From NCBI GenBank assembly GCA_964611205.1, contig CAZSZB010000003.1, positions 23,764 to 87,763 of the forward strand: a stretch of DNA of 64,000 bases. Reading direction: 5' to 3'. Of this stretch, positions 29,999 to 38,329 are shown piece after piece. Both the position numbers and the translations under genes were made by a program. The DNA comes from an uncultured Candidatus Saccharibacteria bacterium (GTDB lineage Bacteria; Patescibacteriota; Minisyncoccia; Phycocordibacterales; UBA918). The notes below the pieces were generated by a model. The model ran no database searches and was not told the origin of the DNA. It saw only the letters and a list, made by a program, of their open reading frames with translations. Positions within the stretch are counted from its first letter, which is position 1. Each line of letters begins with the position of its first letter.

Positions 29999-30004
29999 TA
30001 AATC

Positions 30005-30030
30005 AAAAAACTGCCCTCGGGCAGTTTTTT
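30005..30030 (+). terminator. hairpin aaaaaactgccctcgggcagtttttt
   Basis: Lies after rpsT. Confidence 0.6.
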
Positions 30031-30157
30031 GATTGGGGGGTGCGGGTTACTAAGTACTCGCGTTTTTATTTGTGAGAAGCTGAAGCTTGTTTATATATTC
30101 TGCGGTCGCACAGATAAGAAAAAAGCACAAACAAGTTGTGCTCTTTTATTTACGCGG

Positions 30158-30215
30158 TCACGAGTTACTAAGTATATTTGTTGTCTATGACTACAGATCT
30201 ACTAAGTACTCTCGA
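30158..30215. repeat. tRNA-associated MITE-like element copy
   Basis: Bounded by cacgagttactaagta and ctaagtactctcga, the same termini as 63166-63221. Confidence 0.6.
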
Positions 30216-30447
30216 ACTCTACGAGTTCTGTACACCTTGTCACTACTCTTTGCTTCACTCAAAGATAGTAGGCAAGGTTTTACGAAGTGACATTGAGTCA
30301 CTTCTCACCCGCCTCGACCGTTTTCATTTCTAGGAAAAAAGAAATGAAAACAAGTCTGCGGCCAGCACCAAGGTACGCAAGCAAAGCAGTTTGCTTGCTA
30401 TAGGAAAGATAGTCAGTTCTTAAAAACTGACTATCTTTCTTATATCT

Positions 30448-30522
30448 TGGTGCTCTCGCCAGGAGTCGAACCTGGAGCATCGGTACCGCAAACCGATATT
30501 TTATCCATTAAACTACGAGAGC
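30448..30522 (-). tRNA. tRNA-Arg (anticodon read as GCG), CCA encoded
   Basis: Hand-folded: acceptor GCUCUCG/CGAGAGC, anticodon stem UCGGU/ACCGA with loop UUGCGGU, and a GGTTCGACTCC T-loop. Confidence 0.7.
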
Positions 30523-30565
30523 AAGCGAGGAAACAAATGAAAGTTTACTTTCATTTGCTTTCCGA

Positions 30566-30711
30566 GAGCAGCTCTCGCAACAAATTCGACGTCAGAAGAA
30601 TTTGTTCCAGTAGAGCAAGCGCCCCGGAAGATTATATTCGATTGTGTCTTGGAGCAGCTCTCGCAACAAATTCGACGTCAGAAGAATTTGTTCCAGTAGA
30701 GCAAGCGCCCG
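30566..30711. repeat. two tandem copies of a 59-bp unit (period 87 bp), each containing the hairpin aacaaattc-N10-gaatttgtt
   Basis: Identical copies at 30566-30624 and 30653-30711. The unit end agtagagcaagcgccc resembles the tRNA-Arg 5' flank. Confidence 0.7.
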
Positions 30712-30772
30712 TTTATTGCTATTGCTACAGATACTAAAGTAATCGTCACTTGGTATCGAGCAACATAATATA

Positions 30773-31243
30773 TTAAAAACCGAAAAAATCCAGCAACTGT
30801 TGGAAGAATGGTATTTCCAAATATTCTTCTGGTAAGCGACTGGCTATAATGTCTTCTATTTCATCTACATACTCTTCTGGCAACGGCATAACAATCAAGG
30901 GCATAAACATCTTTTCGGAACGGGCTAATAGTTGGGGTCCCCAAGGATTTTCTTCATCTATATAAAAACACTCCAATGTACTATAAGGATATAATTTATC
31001 TTCGATACGCAGACCGCGTTGACTAACAGCAAAGGGAACAGTGTTGGGTTCACGAACTGCTATGATACCCATCACAATACCTGATATCAGTATGACAAAA
31101 GCAAAAAGAGAGTTACCTAACAGCAAGGCAGCTCCAGTAGCGGAGACGGTAAGAATACCCAAAGCCCAGAGCCAGTTTGCTTCCTGGGGTCCATGACTGT
31201 GTTCCAGAGCCTTCCAGGTTACTTCTTTAATGTAGTCAGACAT
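30773..31243 (-). CDS. hypothetical membrane protein
   Basis: 156-aa ORF with a central hydrophobic stretch. Confidence 0.4.
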   Translation of the reverse strand: MSDYIKEVTWKALEHSHGPQEANWLWALGILTVSATGAALLLGNSLFAFVILISGIVMGIIAVREPNTVPFAVSQRGLRIEDKLYPYSTLECFYIDEENPWGPQLLARSEKMFMPLIVMPLPEEYVDEIEDIIASRLPEEYLEIPFFQQLLDFFGF

Positions 31244-31397
31244 GGCTAAATTGTAACATGCTGTAAAAAACTTTTTACAAGCTAATTTGCTAGAAACTAC
31301 TTCTTTATTTTACGATATGCTATATTTTGTTAAATAATATGACAGAATAAGCGTTTTCTGGAAAGAAAACGCTTATTCGTTCGTCATTAGTTAATCT

Positions 31398-33191
31398 ATG
31401 TTTTTTAAACCAGCAAAAACAGAACAAACCAAAAAAGTAAATCAAGGAAACGGTACCCCAAGAACACCGTTGCGGTTTTTATGGTATACGGTAAAACCGT
31501 ATCGCTACTGGTTATTGTTGGGGGTGAGTTTGAATATCATCAATCAACTTCTTAGCGTCTATGTCGCTATATTTATTGGTAATTTAGCTGATGCGGCGGC
31601 CAAAGTGTCTGAGCCAGAGCAGTTTTTAAGTTGGGTCATCGGCTTTTTGGTATTGATTGTTTCTACCTTCATTTTTTATCGAGTGGGAGGTTTCATTACT
31701 ATACATTTTGTTCTAAAACAAAATCAGTACGCTTTTGAAACAGTCAAAGGCTATCTCTTAAAACACAGTCATACATATTATATAGATCGCTTTGCAGGAA
31801 CTTTAACTGGCAAGATATTTAATGCTGGTGACCGCAGTAGTGAGATACTGCTGATGATTAATTATGGTTTTGTTCGTTTGGTAGTTAGTTTGACAGCGAC
31901 CGGTGTTGTTATCGGCTTTTTTAGTATCAAGCTTACCCTCATATACGCCGCAATCGTTTTCTTAACTATCTTAGTGAATATTTATTTGGTCAAACGCCGT
32001 CGTCCATTAGTTGTTGATTATGCTAAAACCACTTCACGCTACCGGGGGCAATTAACAGATGTTGTCTCAAACATCCAGGCGGTGCGACAATTTTCCGCGA
32101 TAAATAGTGAATTTGATTATCTTAAACAAACTCTCAGTGAAAGAGTTTTAAAAGATCGCAAGCAATGGACAGTCGGCGAGTGGAATCATGTGGTCAACAA
32201 TATCCTCACTACGCTCCTGATGGTTCTGATGATTGGTGGAACTTATATCTTGCTCATTAACGGCTCAGTAACTTTAGGTGCGATGGTTTCGGTTATGATA
32301 CTTATGTATCGAGTATCAGGAATTATGGTTGATCTTGGTGACTGGATGAATCGAATTATAAGGATATACGGCGATGTGGAAGAAGGATTAGACGATATTT
32401 TGGTAGACCATGAGATAGTCGATGAGCCTGGGGCGGGCTTGCTTAAGGCAGAAGAGGGTAGGATTCAGTTCAATAATGTAACTTTCCAATATGGTGAGAA
32501 TTGCATTTTTAAAGATTTTAATTTAACCATCGAACCAGGACAGAGAGTTGGTTTGGTTGGTTCCTCAGGGGCTGGAAAAACTACCCTGATTTCTTTGCTG
32601 TTAAGACAACATGATATTCAAGAAGGAGAAATTAATATCGACGGACAAAATATTTCTTCAGTTACTCAGGATTCTCTACGGGAAAATATTGCGATAGTCC
32701 CGCAAGAACCCATTCTGTTTCATCGTTCGATAAGGGAAAATATTATTTATGGCAAACCAAACGCTACCGAGGAAGAAATTATTGCGGTAGCAAAAAAAGC
32801 CCAAGCCCATGATTTTATTATGCAATTATCAGAAGGCTACGATACATTGGTTGGAGAAAGAGGAGTGAAGCTTTCAGGTGGACAAAAACAACGGGTCGCA
32901 ATTGCCAGAGCTATGCTTAAAGAAGCGCCGATATTAGTATTGGATGAAGCCACTTCTGCGCTAGATAGTGAAAGCGAGGTAGCTATACAAAAGGCCCTGA
33001 GTGAATTAATGAAAGGGAAGACCGTGTTAGCGATTGCTCACCGGCTATCGACTTTGCGGGAGATGGATAGAATTCTGGTACTAGAAAGTGGAACCATTAT
33101 TGAAGATGGTACCCATAGAGAATTAGCTAAAGGTGGTTGTACCTACCAAAAACTTTGGGAGCACCAAGCGGGCGGATTTTTGCAGGAGTAG
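31398..33191 (+). CDS. ABC exporter, fused permease + ATPase (MsbA-like)
   Basis: Six-TM N-terminal half, Walker A GSSGAGKTT, signature LSGGQKQRVAIARA, and Walker B ILVLDEATSALD. Confidence 0.9.
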   Translation: MFFKPAKTEQTKKVNQGNGTPRTPLRFLWYTVKPYRYWLLLGVSLNIINQLLSVYVAIFIGNLADAAAKVSEPEQFLSWVIGFLVLIVSTFIFYRVGGFITIHFVLKQNQYAFETVKGYLLKHSHTYYIDRFAGTLTGKIFNAGDRSSEILLMINYGFVRLVVSLTATGVVIGFFSIKLTLIYAAIVFLTILVNIYLVKRRRPLVVDYAKTTSRYRGQLTDVVSNIQAVRQFSAINSEFDYLKQTLSERVLKDRKQWTVGEWNHVVNNILTTLLMVLMIGGTYILLINGSVTLGAMVSVMILMYRVSGIMVDLGDWMNRIIRIYGDVEEGLDDILVDHEIVDEPGAGLLKAEEGRIQFNNVTFQYGENCIFKDFNLTIEPGQRVGLVGSSGAGKTTLISLLLRQHDIQEGEINIDGQNISSVTQDSLRENIAIVPQEPILFHRSIRENIIYGKPNATEEEIIAVAKKAQAHDFIMQLSEGYDTLVGERGVKLSGGQKQRVAIARAMLKEAPILVLDEATSALDSESEVAIQKALSELMKGKTVLAIAHRLSTLREMDRILVLESGTIIEDGTHRELAKGGCTYQKLWEHQAGGFLQE

Positions 33192-33259
33192 TTTTTGGCT
33201 CTAGACTTTGTGAAAGAAATTAGATAGTTTAAGTTGAACAAAAAAGAAGGAGTTCTTCA

Positions 33260-33532
33260 ATGGAAGCAGAAAAAGTCCAAGAGGTCATCCAGCTTTATCG
33301 TCGCGAGTTTGAGGCGACGGGTGTTGGTAAGACCAAATATCCTCACGGAAAGTCGTTGGATCAGTCCAGTCACAGCCTCGAGCATTGCCACGCTATGCTC
33401 GATGATATGGATGAATTCCTGAAGGAAGGTAGGACTGACAAAGTCTTCCGCTGGCTCGGTTTCATACAGGGAGTTCTTTGGGCCCAAGGCCTTTACTCAC
33501 TGACCGAATTGACCGGTCACAATCGCCCTTAG
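33260..33532 (+). CDS. hypothetical protein encoded in GC-rich (about 52%) DNA
   Basis: 90-aa ORF starting where GC content jumps relative to the ABC transporter gene. A hairpin terminator lies at about 33568-33600. Confidence 0.35.
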   Translation: MEAEKVQEVIQLYRREFEATGVGKTKYPHGKSLDQSSHSLEHCHAMLDDMDEFLKEGRTDKVFRWLGFIQGVLWAQGLYSLTELTGHNRP

Positions 33533-33777
33533 TTGGGAGGAAAAGACAGAAAGACAGTAAGATTTAAGGTCGTCCGATTTATCGGACGGCCTTTCTGGTT
33601 GGAGTTAATGGAAAGGGATTGCTTTGCTTTTTCTAATTCTTTACAGGAACTGTGTAGGTTAACTAATATTTTTCCTTCGTCAAAATATTAGTTAACCTCT
33701 CGAGAAAATGTGTAAACATTTTCTCTCCCCAACCCTCCCATGCGCGCACTGAACCATCTGAAAACAGATAGTCTTCC

Positions 33778-33807
33778 AAAAAAAACCACCAGTATGCACA
33801 CTGGTGG
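33778..33807 (-). terminator. rho-independent terminator on minus strand (ccaccagtgtgcatactggtgg + T8)
   Basis: Perfect 8-bp GC-rich stem followed by eight T on the minus strand. Confidence 0.55.
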
Positions 33808-33932
33808 CATTTTCGGTTCGTGTGTTGGCTTGCGGACAAGCCTTCAGGGACGTGTCCGCTCTGCGAGCGGAAAGGAACGGTGCTGGTGCATCAGCGTGTT
33901 GGACATCCATGTCCTGAACCGACGGGCTGGGC

Positions 33933-34052
33933 TCAGACGATGGTGTCGATGGCGGCGCAGTGGCTCGGGTAGCCAGCGGCTGGGTTGTTCGCGCCATTGG
34001 TCATCAGCTCGACGGGACCGGCACGAACGGTGGTGAGTGCGAAGCGTTTCAT
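33933..34052 (-). CDS. candidate 39-aa micro-ORF in about 60% GC DNA with consensus Shine-Dalgarno
   Basis: AAGGAG sits 6 nt upstream of the ATG. Hand translation gives MKRFALTTVRAGPVELMTNGANNPAAGYPSHCAAIDTIV, followed about 120 nt downstream by the strong terminator. Confidence 0.25.
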   Translation of the reverse strand: MKRFALTTVRAGPVELMTNGANNPAAGYPSHCAAIDTIV

Positions 34053-34177
34053 CGCAGTCTCCTTGTCCGAGTGTGAAGGAAGTCACACGCTCATTGGCCA
34101 GATAATACTGACCTCTATAGCTAAAAGTAGTAGATTTTGTTTTTTTTCAAGTGAGAAGTGAAGAGAAAAGTGAAAAT

Positions 34178-34195
34178 TGGCGGAGAGGGATTCTC
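34178..34195. repeat. partial copy of tRNA-Ser 3' end (ttggcggagag..ggattc), candidate attL
   Basis: Matches 46295-46305 exactly (11 nt) plus a further 6 nt after a 4-nt gap. It has the same orientation as the tRNA gene. Confidence 0.35.
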
Positions 34196-34465
34196 TCGTT
34201 ACACGAGCAGTATACCTTTTGCATCAGATTACTTCGCAAGCTCATAATCTGACGCAAAAGCTTTCGAATCCCCACAGAAGTGACACTGAGTCACTTCTTC
34301 TCTCTCCACCAACAAAATAGCACCCCAAAAAGGGTGCTATTTTGTACTCGCGGGCTACGTGGGTTAAGTACCCACACGTTCAAGCCTTGTAAGGGTATTC
34401 TAGCGCATTTTGGGTATGCGAATCTAGGTACGTGGGTCGGGGTCTAAGAGTAGACAAAGTAGACA

Positions 34466-34912
34466 CTAATAGCGACTTCGGCGGTATCGCTTCTTTCGCC
34501 TGCCTCCAGGCTCTTTAAGGTAAACCCAGAAGCCAGTGAGATTAAGGAGTATCCCAGAGCAAAGGAAGATAAGTAAGTGAAGTGCAAGTGGCCACTTCAA
34601 GCAATAGACAAAGTTGCCGAAGATCGTGGTGAAGATGAGGAATGTCAGGGTCTGCAATCCAAGGTATGTCCCGCTTCCGACAAAGCGGTTGAATGTCGGC
34701 GAGAAGCCGTTGTCGGAATTGTAATGGGCGGTGCCGTTGCGGGTGTAAATCTCCCAAGCTACCCACCCGATCATGGCAAGAATGATCCAGACGAAATGCC
34801 ACGGCCACAGATACTTGATCGCAGTCCAGAGAAAATCGGAAAGCGAAGAAACCGCCATATCCGATACGGTTGAGCAGATTTCTCCAAATGAAAATATTGT
34901 TTGTGGATCCAT
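34466..34912 (-). CDS. hypothetical polytopic membrane protein with Arg/Lys-rich C-terminus
   Basis: 148-aa ORF, hydrophobic, in the island. Confidence 0.35.
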   Translation of the reverse strand: MDPQTIFSFGEICSTVSDMAVSSLSDFLWTAIKYLWPWHFVWIILAMIGWVAWEIYTRNGTAHYNSDNGFSPTFNRFVGSGTYLGLQTLTFLIFTTIFGNFVYCLKWPLALHLLIFLCSGILLNLTGFWVYLKEPGGRRKKRYRRSRY

Positions 34913-35308
34913 GTCTTTGACACCTCGGTTCTGGGAAATGCCCCGACCTCGGCGTTTCTTATCTTCTCGCTAATCGTCAATTTACACTATTGACACTGTG
35001 GATAAATACTTGTTTGATTTTTAATACGGAAGTGCATATAATTCACTCAGTTCTTCACAGATGAAACTACCTTCTCCCTCGGGAGAGGCAGTCCGATCGC
35101 ATAGGTCATCGACCAAAAAAAATATGCGTGAGGGTTGTCGAATGGAGTGCGTATTGAACGAATCGTTGTCGGGTCCATTGTGGCAAAAAGACAGCTGTTC
35201 GAGATCGCAGTCGAAGGCACACCAAGCATCACGCTTGCTGTTTCTTTGAGTGCGATTTTTTGTTTGTAGAAAATCAAAACTCTCCGTGCAGAACTAATTA
35301 TCAATTAT

Positions 35309-36652
35309 TTGAAATTAGTTATGACCAATCACAACCACACATTAGAAATCCAATACGTCGCAGTCGGTGACCTCAAGGAGAACGAATACAACCCGAAGAA
35401 GTTCTCAGCGGAGGCTTTGGACGGCATCAGAGAAAGCGTTACCCGTTTCGGGTTCGCAGATCCATTGGTAGTTAACAGCAACGAAGAGCGGAAAAACATT
35501 CTCATCGGAGGACATGCACGCCTCAAGATCGCCAAGGAGCTCGGCTTCGAGACCGTACCAGTCGTCTTCGTTAATCTGAGTGAAGACAAGGAAAAGGAAC
35601 TCAACCTCCGTCTCCACAGGAACCAAGGAGCGTTCGACTTGGAACTGCTCGCAAAGTTCGACGAGACGCTTCTTGCGGACATCGGATTCAACTCGGAGGA
35701 TCTCGATTCGATCTTCAACATGGACCCGACACCCGAGCACTTCGACCTCAAGAAGGAACTTGAGAAGTTGAATATCAAGGACGTGAAGGTAAAGCACGGA
35801 GACCGATACGAGATCGACGGCTCGATCCTCATGTGCGGAGACAGCACCATCGAGGAAGACATGCTCAAGCTCATGCAGGGAGCAAAAGCCGACATGGTGA
35901 TGACCGATCCTCCTTACATTCTCGACTACCTCAAGGGTAAGACGAAGAACAAGGACGGGATCACGGAAGGCTTCGGTGCGAAGAAGAACCGCGTCTATCT
36001 CGGCACCACTTCCTTGCCCGACAACTTCACCGACCTCTGGATGAACGGCGTGTCCAAGGTTCAGAAGGAGGACTTCTCGATCGTCATCTTCGAGCATCCG
36101 AAGAATCTCCGCACCATCTGGAACGCACTTGAGAAGCACTGGAAGTATCGCAACACCATCACATGGCACGTGCCAAACCGCATGCAGGGATTCGCTGGGA
36201 AGTACAAGCTTTTCAACAAGCAGGACATCGCACTTGTAGGAAGCACCGACCGAGTGATCGTTAATCTCGAGCCAGAGGATGAGCTGTTCCAGAACGAGTA
36301 CGAGAATGCCATTTATGCCACGAGCGGAAGACCGCATTGGGAAAGCTACGGCAAAGGAAAGAAGAACTGCCCGACGGACTTCATCGAGCACATCGCCGCA
36401 GACAAGAAGTCCTCTGGTCAGGACATCATATTTGGCACGAAGCCGATAGAGCTTCTCATCCCGTACATCAAGGTACTCACGAAGCGTGACGACTTGGTGC
36501 TCGAGCCGTTCGGAGGATCGGGATCAACGCTCATCGCATCGCTGAAGATCGGACGCAAGTGCCGCATCATGGAGAAGCAGCCGATCTATGCGGAGGTCAT
36601 TATCAAACGCTGGGAGAAAGCGACCGGCAAGAAGGCGGTGAAGATAGACTAG
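35309..36652 (+). CDS. ParB-like nuclease domain fused to N4/N6 DNA methyltransferase (beta-class)
   Basis: N-terminal ParB/Srx motif (ILIGGHARLKIAKELG). Motif IV VMTDPPY comes before motif I LEPFGGSGST. Confidence 0.8.
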   Translation: MKLVMTNHNHTLEIQYVAVGDLKENEYNPKKFSAEALDGIRESVTRFGFADPLVVNSNEERKNILIGGHARLKIAKELGFETVPVVFVNLSEDKEKELNLRLHRNQGAFDLELLAKFDETLLADIGFNSEDLDSIFNMDPTPEHFDLKKELEKLNIKDVKVKHGDRYEIDGSILMCGDSTIEEDMLKLMQGAKADMVMTDPPYILDYLKGKTKNKDGITEGFGAKKNRVYLGTTSLPDNFTDLWMNGVSKVQKEDFSIVIFEHPKNLRTIWNALEKHWKYRNTITWHVPNRMQGFAGKYKLFNKQDIALVGSTDRVIVNLEPEDELFQNEYENAIYATSGRPHWESYGKGKKNCPTDFIEHIAADKKSSGQDIIFGTKPIELLIPYIKVLTKRDDLVLEPFGGSGSTLIASLKIGRKCRIMEKQPIYAEVIIKRWEKATGKKAVKID

Positions 36653-36653
36653 T

Positions 36654-37229
36654 ATGGCAAAGCAGAAAGAAGCGGTCGCTACCGCACAGCTGAAGCACAA
36701 GCTCGTACAGCACCTACGGGACATCCCGATCCCGACATATGCGTGCCAGCGGGTCGGCGTTCCCAAAGCCACCTACTACAAGTGGCGGAAGACAGACCAG
36801 ATATTCCGTGAAGCGAGCGACGAGGCGATCATCACGGGAAAGCTCACACTTAATGATGTTGCTAAGTCCCAGCTCGTGAAGCTCATCAAGGAGGGAGACT
36901 ATCGCTCGATCAACTTCTGGCTGAAGCACAACGACGAGGACTTCGGATCGAAGCTCAAGCTTGAGATCGAGGACAGGACGAGAAAGTACGACCCCGAAGA
37001 ACTCAAACTCATGGCGACAGCGATGCATAATGCAGGATTGGTCGGCGTTACACTCGCTCACCAAAAGATGGCGAAGGTGTTTCAGGGATTGCAGGAAAAG
37101 GAAGAAGAGCGAGCCAACGAGAAGAACGAATACGACGAGGATGAAGAACCTGTCGTTCAGGAAAAACAGAAGCGAAAAGGCGGAGTGAAGATTGCAGAGT
37201 TTATGAAGAAGAGGAAGTCTGAGGAATAA
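36654..37229 (+). CDS. HTH DNA-binding protein, phage terminase small subunit-like
   Basis: N-terminal HTH (ACQRVGVPKATYYKWRK), and charged helices downstream. It is translationally coupled to the ParB-MTase. Confidence 0.4.
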   Translation: MAKQKEAVATAQLKHKLVQHLRDIPIPTYACQRVGVPKATYYKWRKTDQIFREASDEAIITGKLTLNDVAKSQLVKLIKEGDYRSINFWLKHNDEDFGSKLKLEIEDRTRKYDPEELKLMATAMHNAGLVGVTLAHQKMAKVFQGLQEKEEERANEKNEYDEDEEPVVQEKQKRKGGVKIAEFMKKRKSEE

Positions 37230-37659
37230 GTCGCCTCAGCACCTCTCCCGTGAGGATGCGGTGCTTCTTGAAGGCGTTGCACCGCTTGCATGCAAGCGTC
37301 AGGTTTCTCGGGTGGTTGGAGCCGAAGCTTTGTGGTTCGACTTTCACACCCGACACGCCTTTCATCTTACGAAGCTCCTTGTTCAGGACATTCGATGACA
37401 GCGGAATGATGTGGTCGGGTTCGAAGATTCCATCGTTGGTGCACTCAGGGTGAATGCTTAACTGGCATTCGCCTTTGTGCTTTTCGATGAGTTCATGCAA
37501 TACCTTCTTGCTGGTCTTGTCGAATTGCCACCGCTTGATTGCAGGATGCTGAAAATCAAAGAGATCGGAATATTCTTTGTTGAAATACTCTAGGTCTCCG
37601 TCTGCAAGCAGGTGTACGAAAAAATCCTGATCCTCAGGATTTTCAAACTGCATTCGCAA
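37201..37659 (-). CDS. HNH endonuclease
   Basis: A CxxC ... H-N-H core (EPDHIIPLS..NHPRNLTLACKRCNAFKKHR). Confidence 0.8.
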   Translation of the reverse strand: MRMQFENPEDQDFFVHLLADGDLEYFNKEYSDLFDFQHPAIKRWQFDKTSKKVLHELIEKHKGECQLSIHPECTNDGIFEPDHIIPLSSNVLNKELRKMKGVSGVKVEPQSFGSNHPRNLTLACKRCNAFKKHRILTGEVLRRLIPQTSSSS

Positions 37660-38002
37660 TGAAGATGAAAAGGACTATGGCGGTAAAGACAACTAAACCG
37701 ATGAGTACCTTTTCGCTTCGAGTATAGATTCGAGCAGGTTCTTTTTCAGCCAGAGCCTGCTCGAGTGTTTTGCCTTGGTCAGCCAAGAGCTTCTGTCCGA
37801 TTGGAGAATCCAACGGAATCAGATTGGTCGCACCACAGGCGGAGCACTTCTTGTACCTTGATGACGATCGCCACACCGAATATATGAGACCCGGAATGAT
37901 GAAGAAGCACCAGAGGATTATTTCTATTAAAAGGTTTCCCTTAACGGCAGTTTTGGAACTGCCAATATGCCCACAAGCGGAGCATATGAGTTTCTTAGAC
38001 AT
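37643..38002 (-). CDS. zinc-ribbon (2x CxxC) membrane protein
   Basis: CSACGH..CSACG pairs flank a TM helix, with a second TM at the C-terminus. It overlaps the HNH start by 17 nt. Confidence 0.4.
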   Translation of the reverse strand: MSKKLICSACGHIGSSKTAVKGNLLIEIILWCFFIIPGLIYSVWRSSSRYKKCSACGATNLIPLDSPIGQKLLADQGKTLEQALAEKEPARIYTRSEKVLIGLVVFTAIVLFIFIANAV

Positions 38003-38227
38003 GTTTTTTGGACGGTTTTCATGACGCTAATAATTCTGGTAGGTAGCAAAAATCTCCTAACCAGGGCTGATATATCCCGTGAGATATACCCATACCCCTT
38101 TCGGGATATGACCGTCCAAAGTGGCCTCTGATTAGGAGGTTTTTACTTTGGACGGAATTTGCGACCATATCCTAGAAAACCAAGGGTTCTTTAGGGGTTA
38201 GGTCGACTGTATTCAGTTGTATGTACA

Positions 38228-38250
38228 TGATACCAAAATTGATGGTATCA
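38228..38250. promoter_or_regulatory. palindrome tgatacca-N7-tggtatca upstream of the putative restriction endonuclease gene
   Basis: 8-bp perfect arms, about 80 bp upstream of the 38330 start. Confidence 0.3.
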
Positions 38251-38329
38251 GTCAGTACCTTAGCTTAGTTATTGGGTCTTGCGAAGGGCTTCATAAAGGC
38301 TTGATAAATTGCTAGAATGAGGCGTAACC

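Noticed and set aside
30566-30711. Possible CRISPR array
   Set aside because: There are only two identical units, no variable spacers of CRISPR type, and no cas genes in the window.
30298-30737. ORFs 30298..30480(-) and 30447..30737(+) overlapping tRNA-Arg and the tandem repeats
   Set aside because: They are explained by the tRNA and the repeat units, with low-complexity translation.
33692-34086. ORFs 33692..33997(-), 33740..34036(+), 33844..34086(-) in the about 60% GC patch
   Set aside because: They are mutually overlapping frames in GC-rich DNA without RBS. Only the SD-preceded 39-aa frame (33933..34052) is retained, as a low-confidence candidate.
35329-36391. Long antisense ORFs (188 and 328 aa) inside the ParB-MTase gene
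   Set aside because: GC-rich coding DNA gives long stop-free antisense frames. The sense frame carries clear ParB and DPPY/FGG motifs. The antisense translations are low-complexity.
36714-37064. 116-aa antisense ORF within the TerS-like gene, and 36961..37188 Arg-rich ORF
   Set aside because: They are overlapping alternative frames of a better-supported gene.
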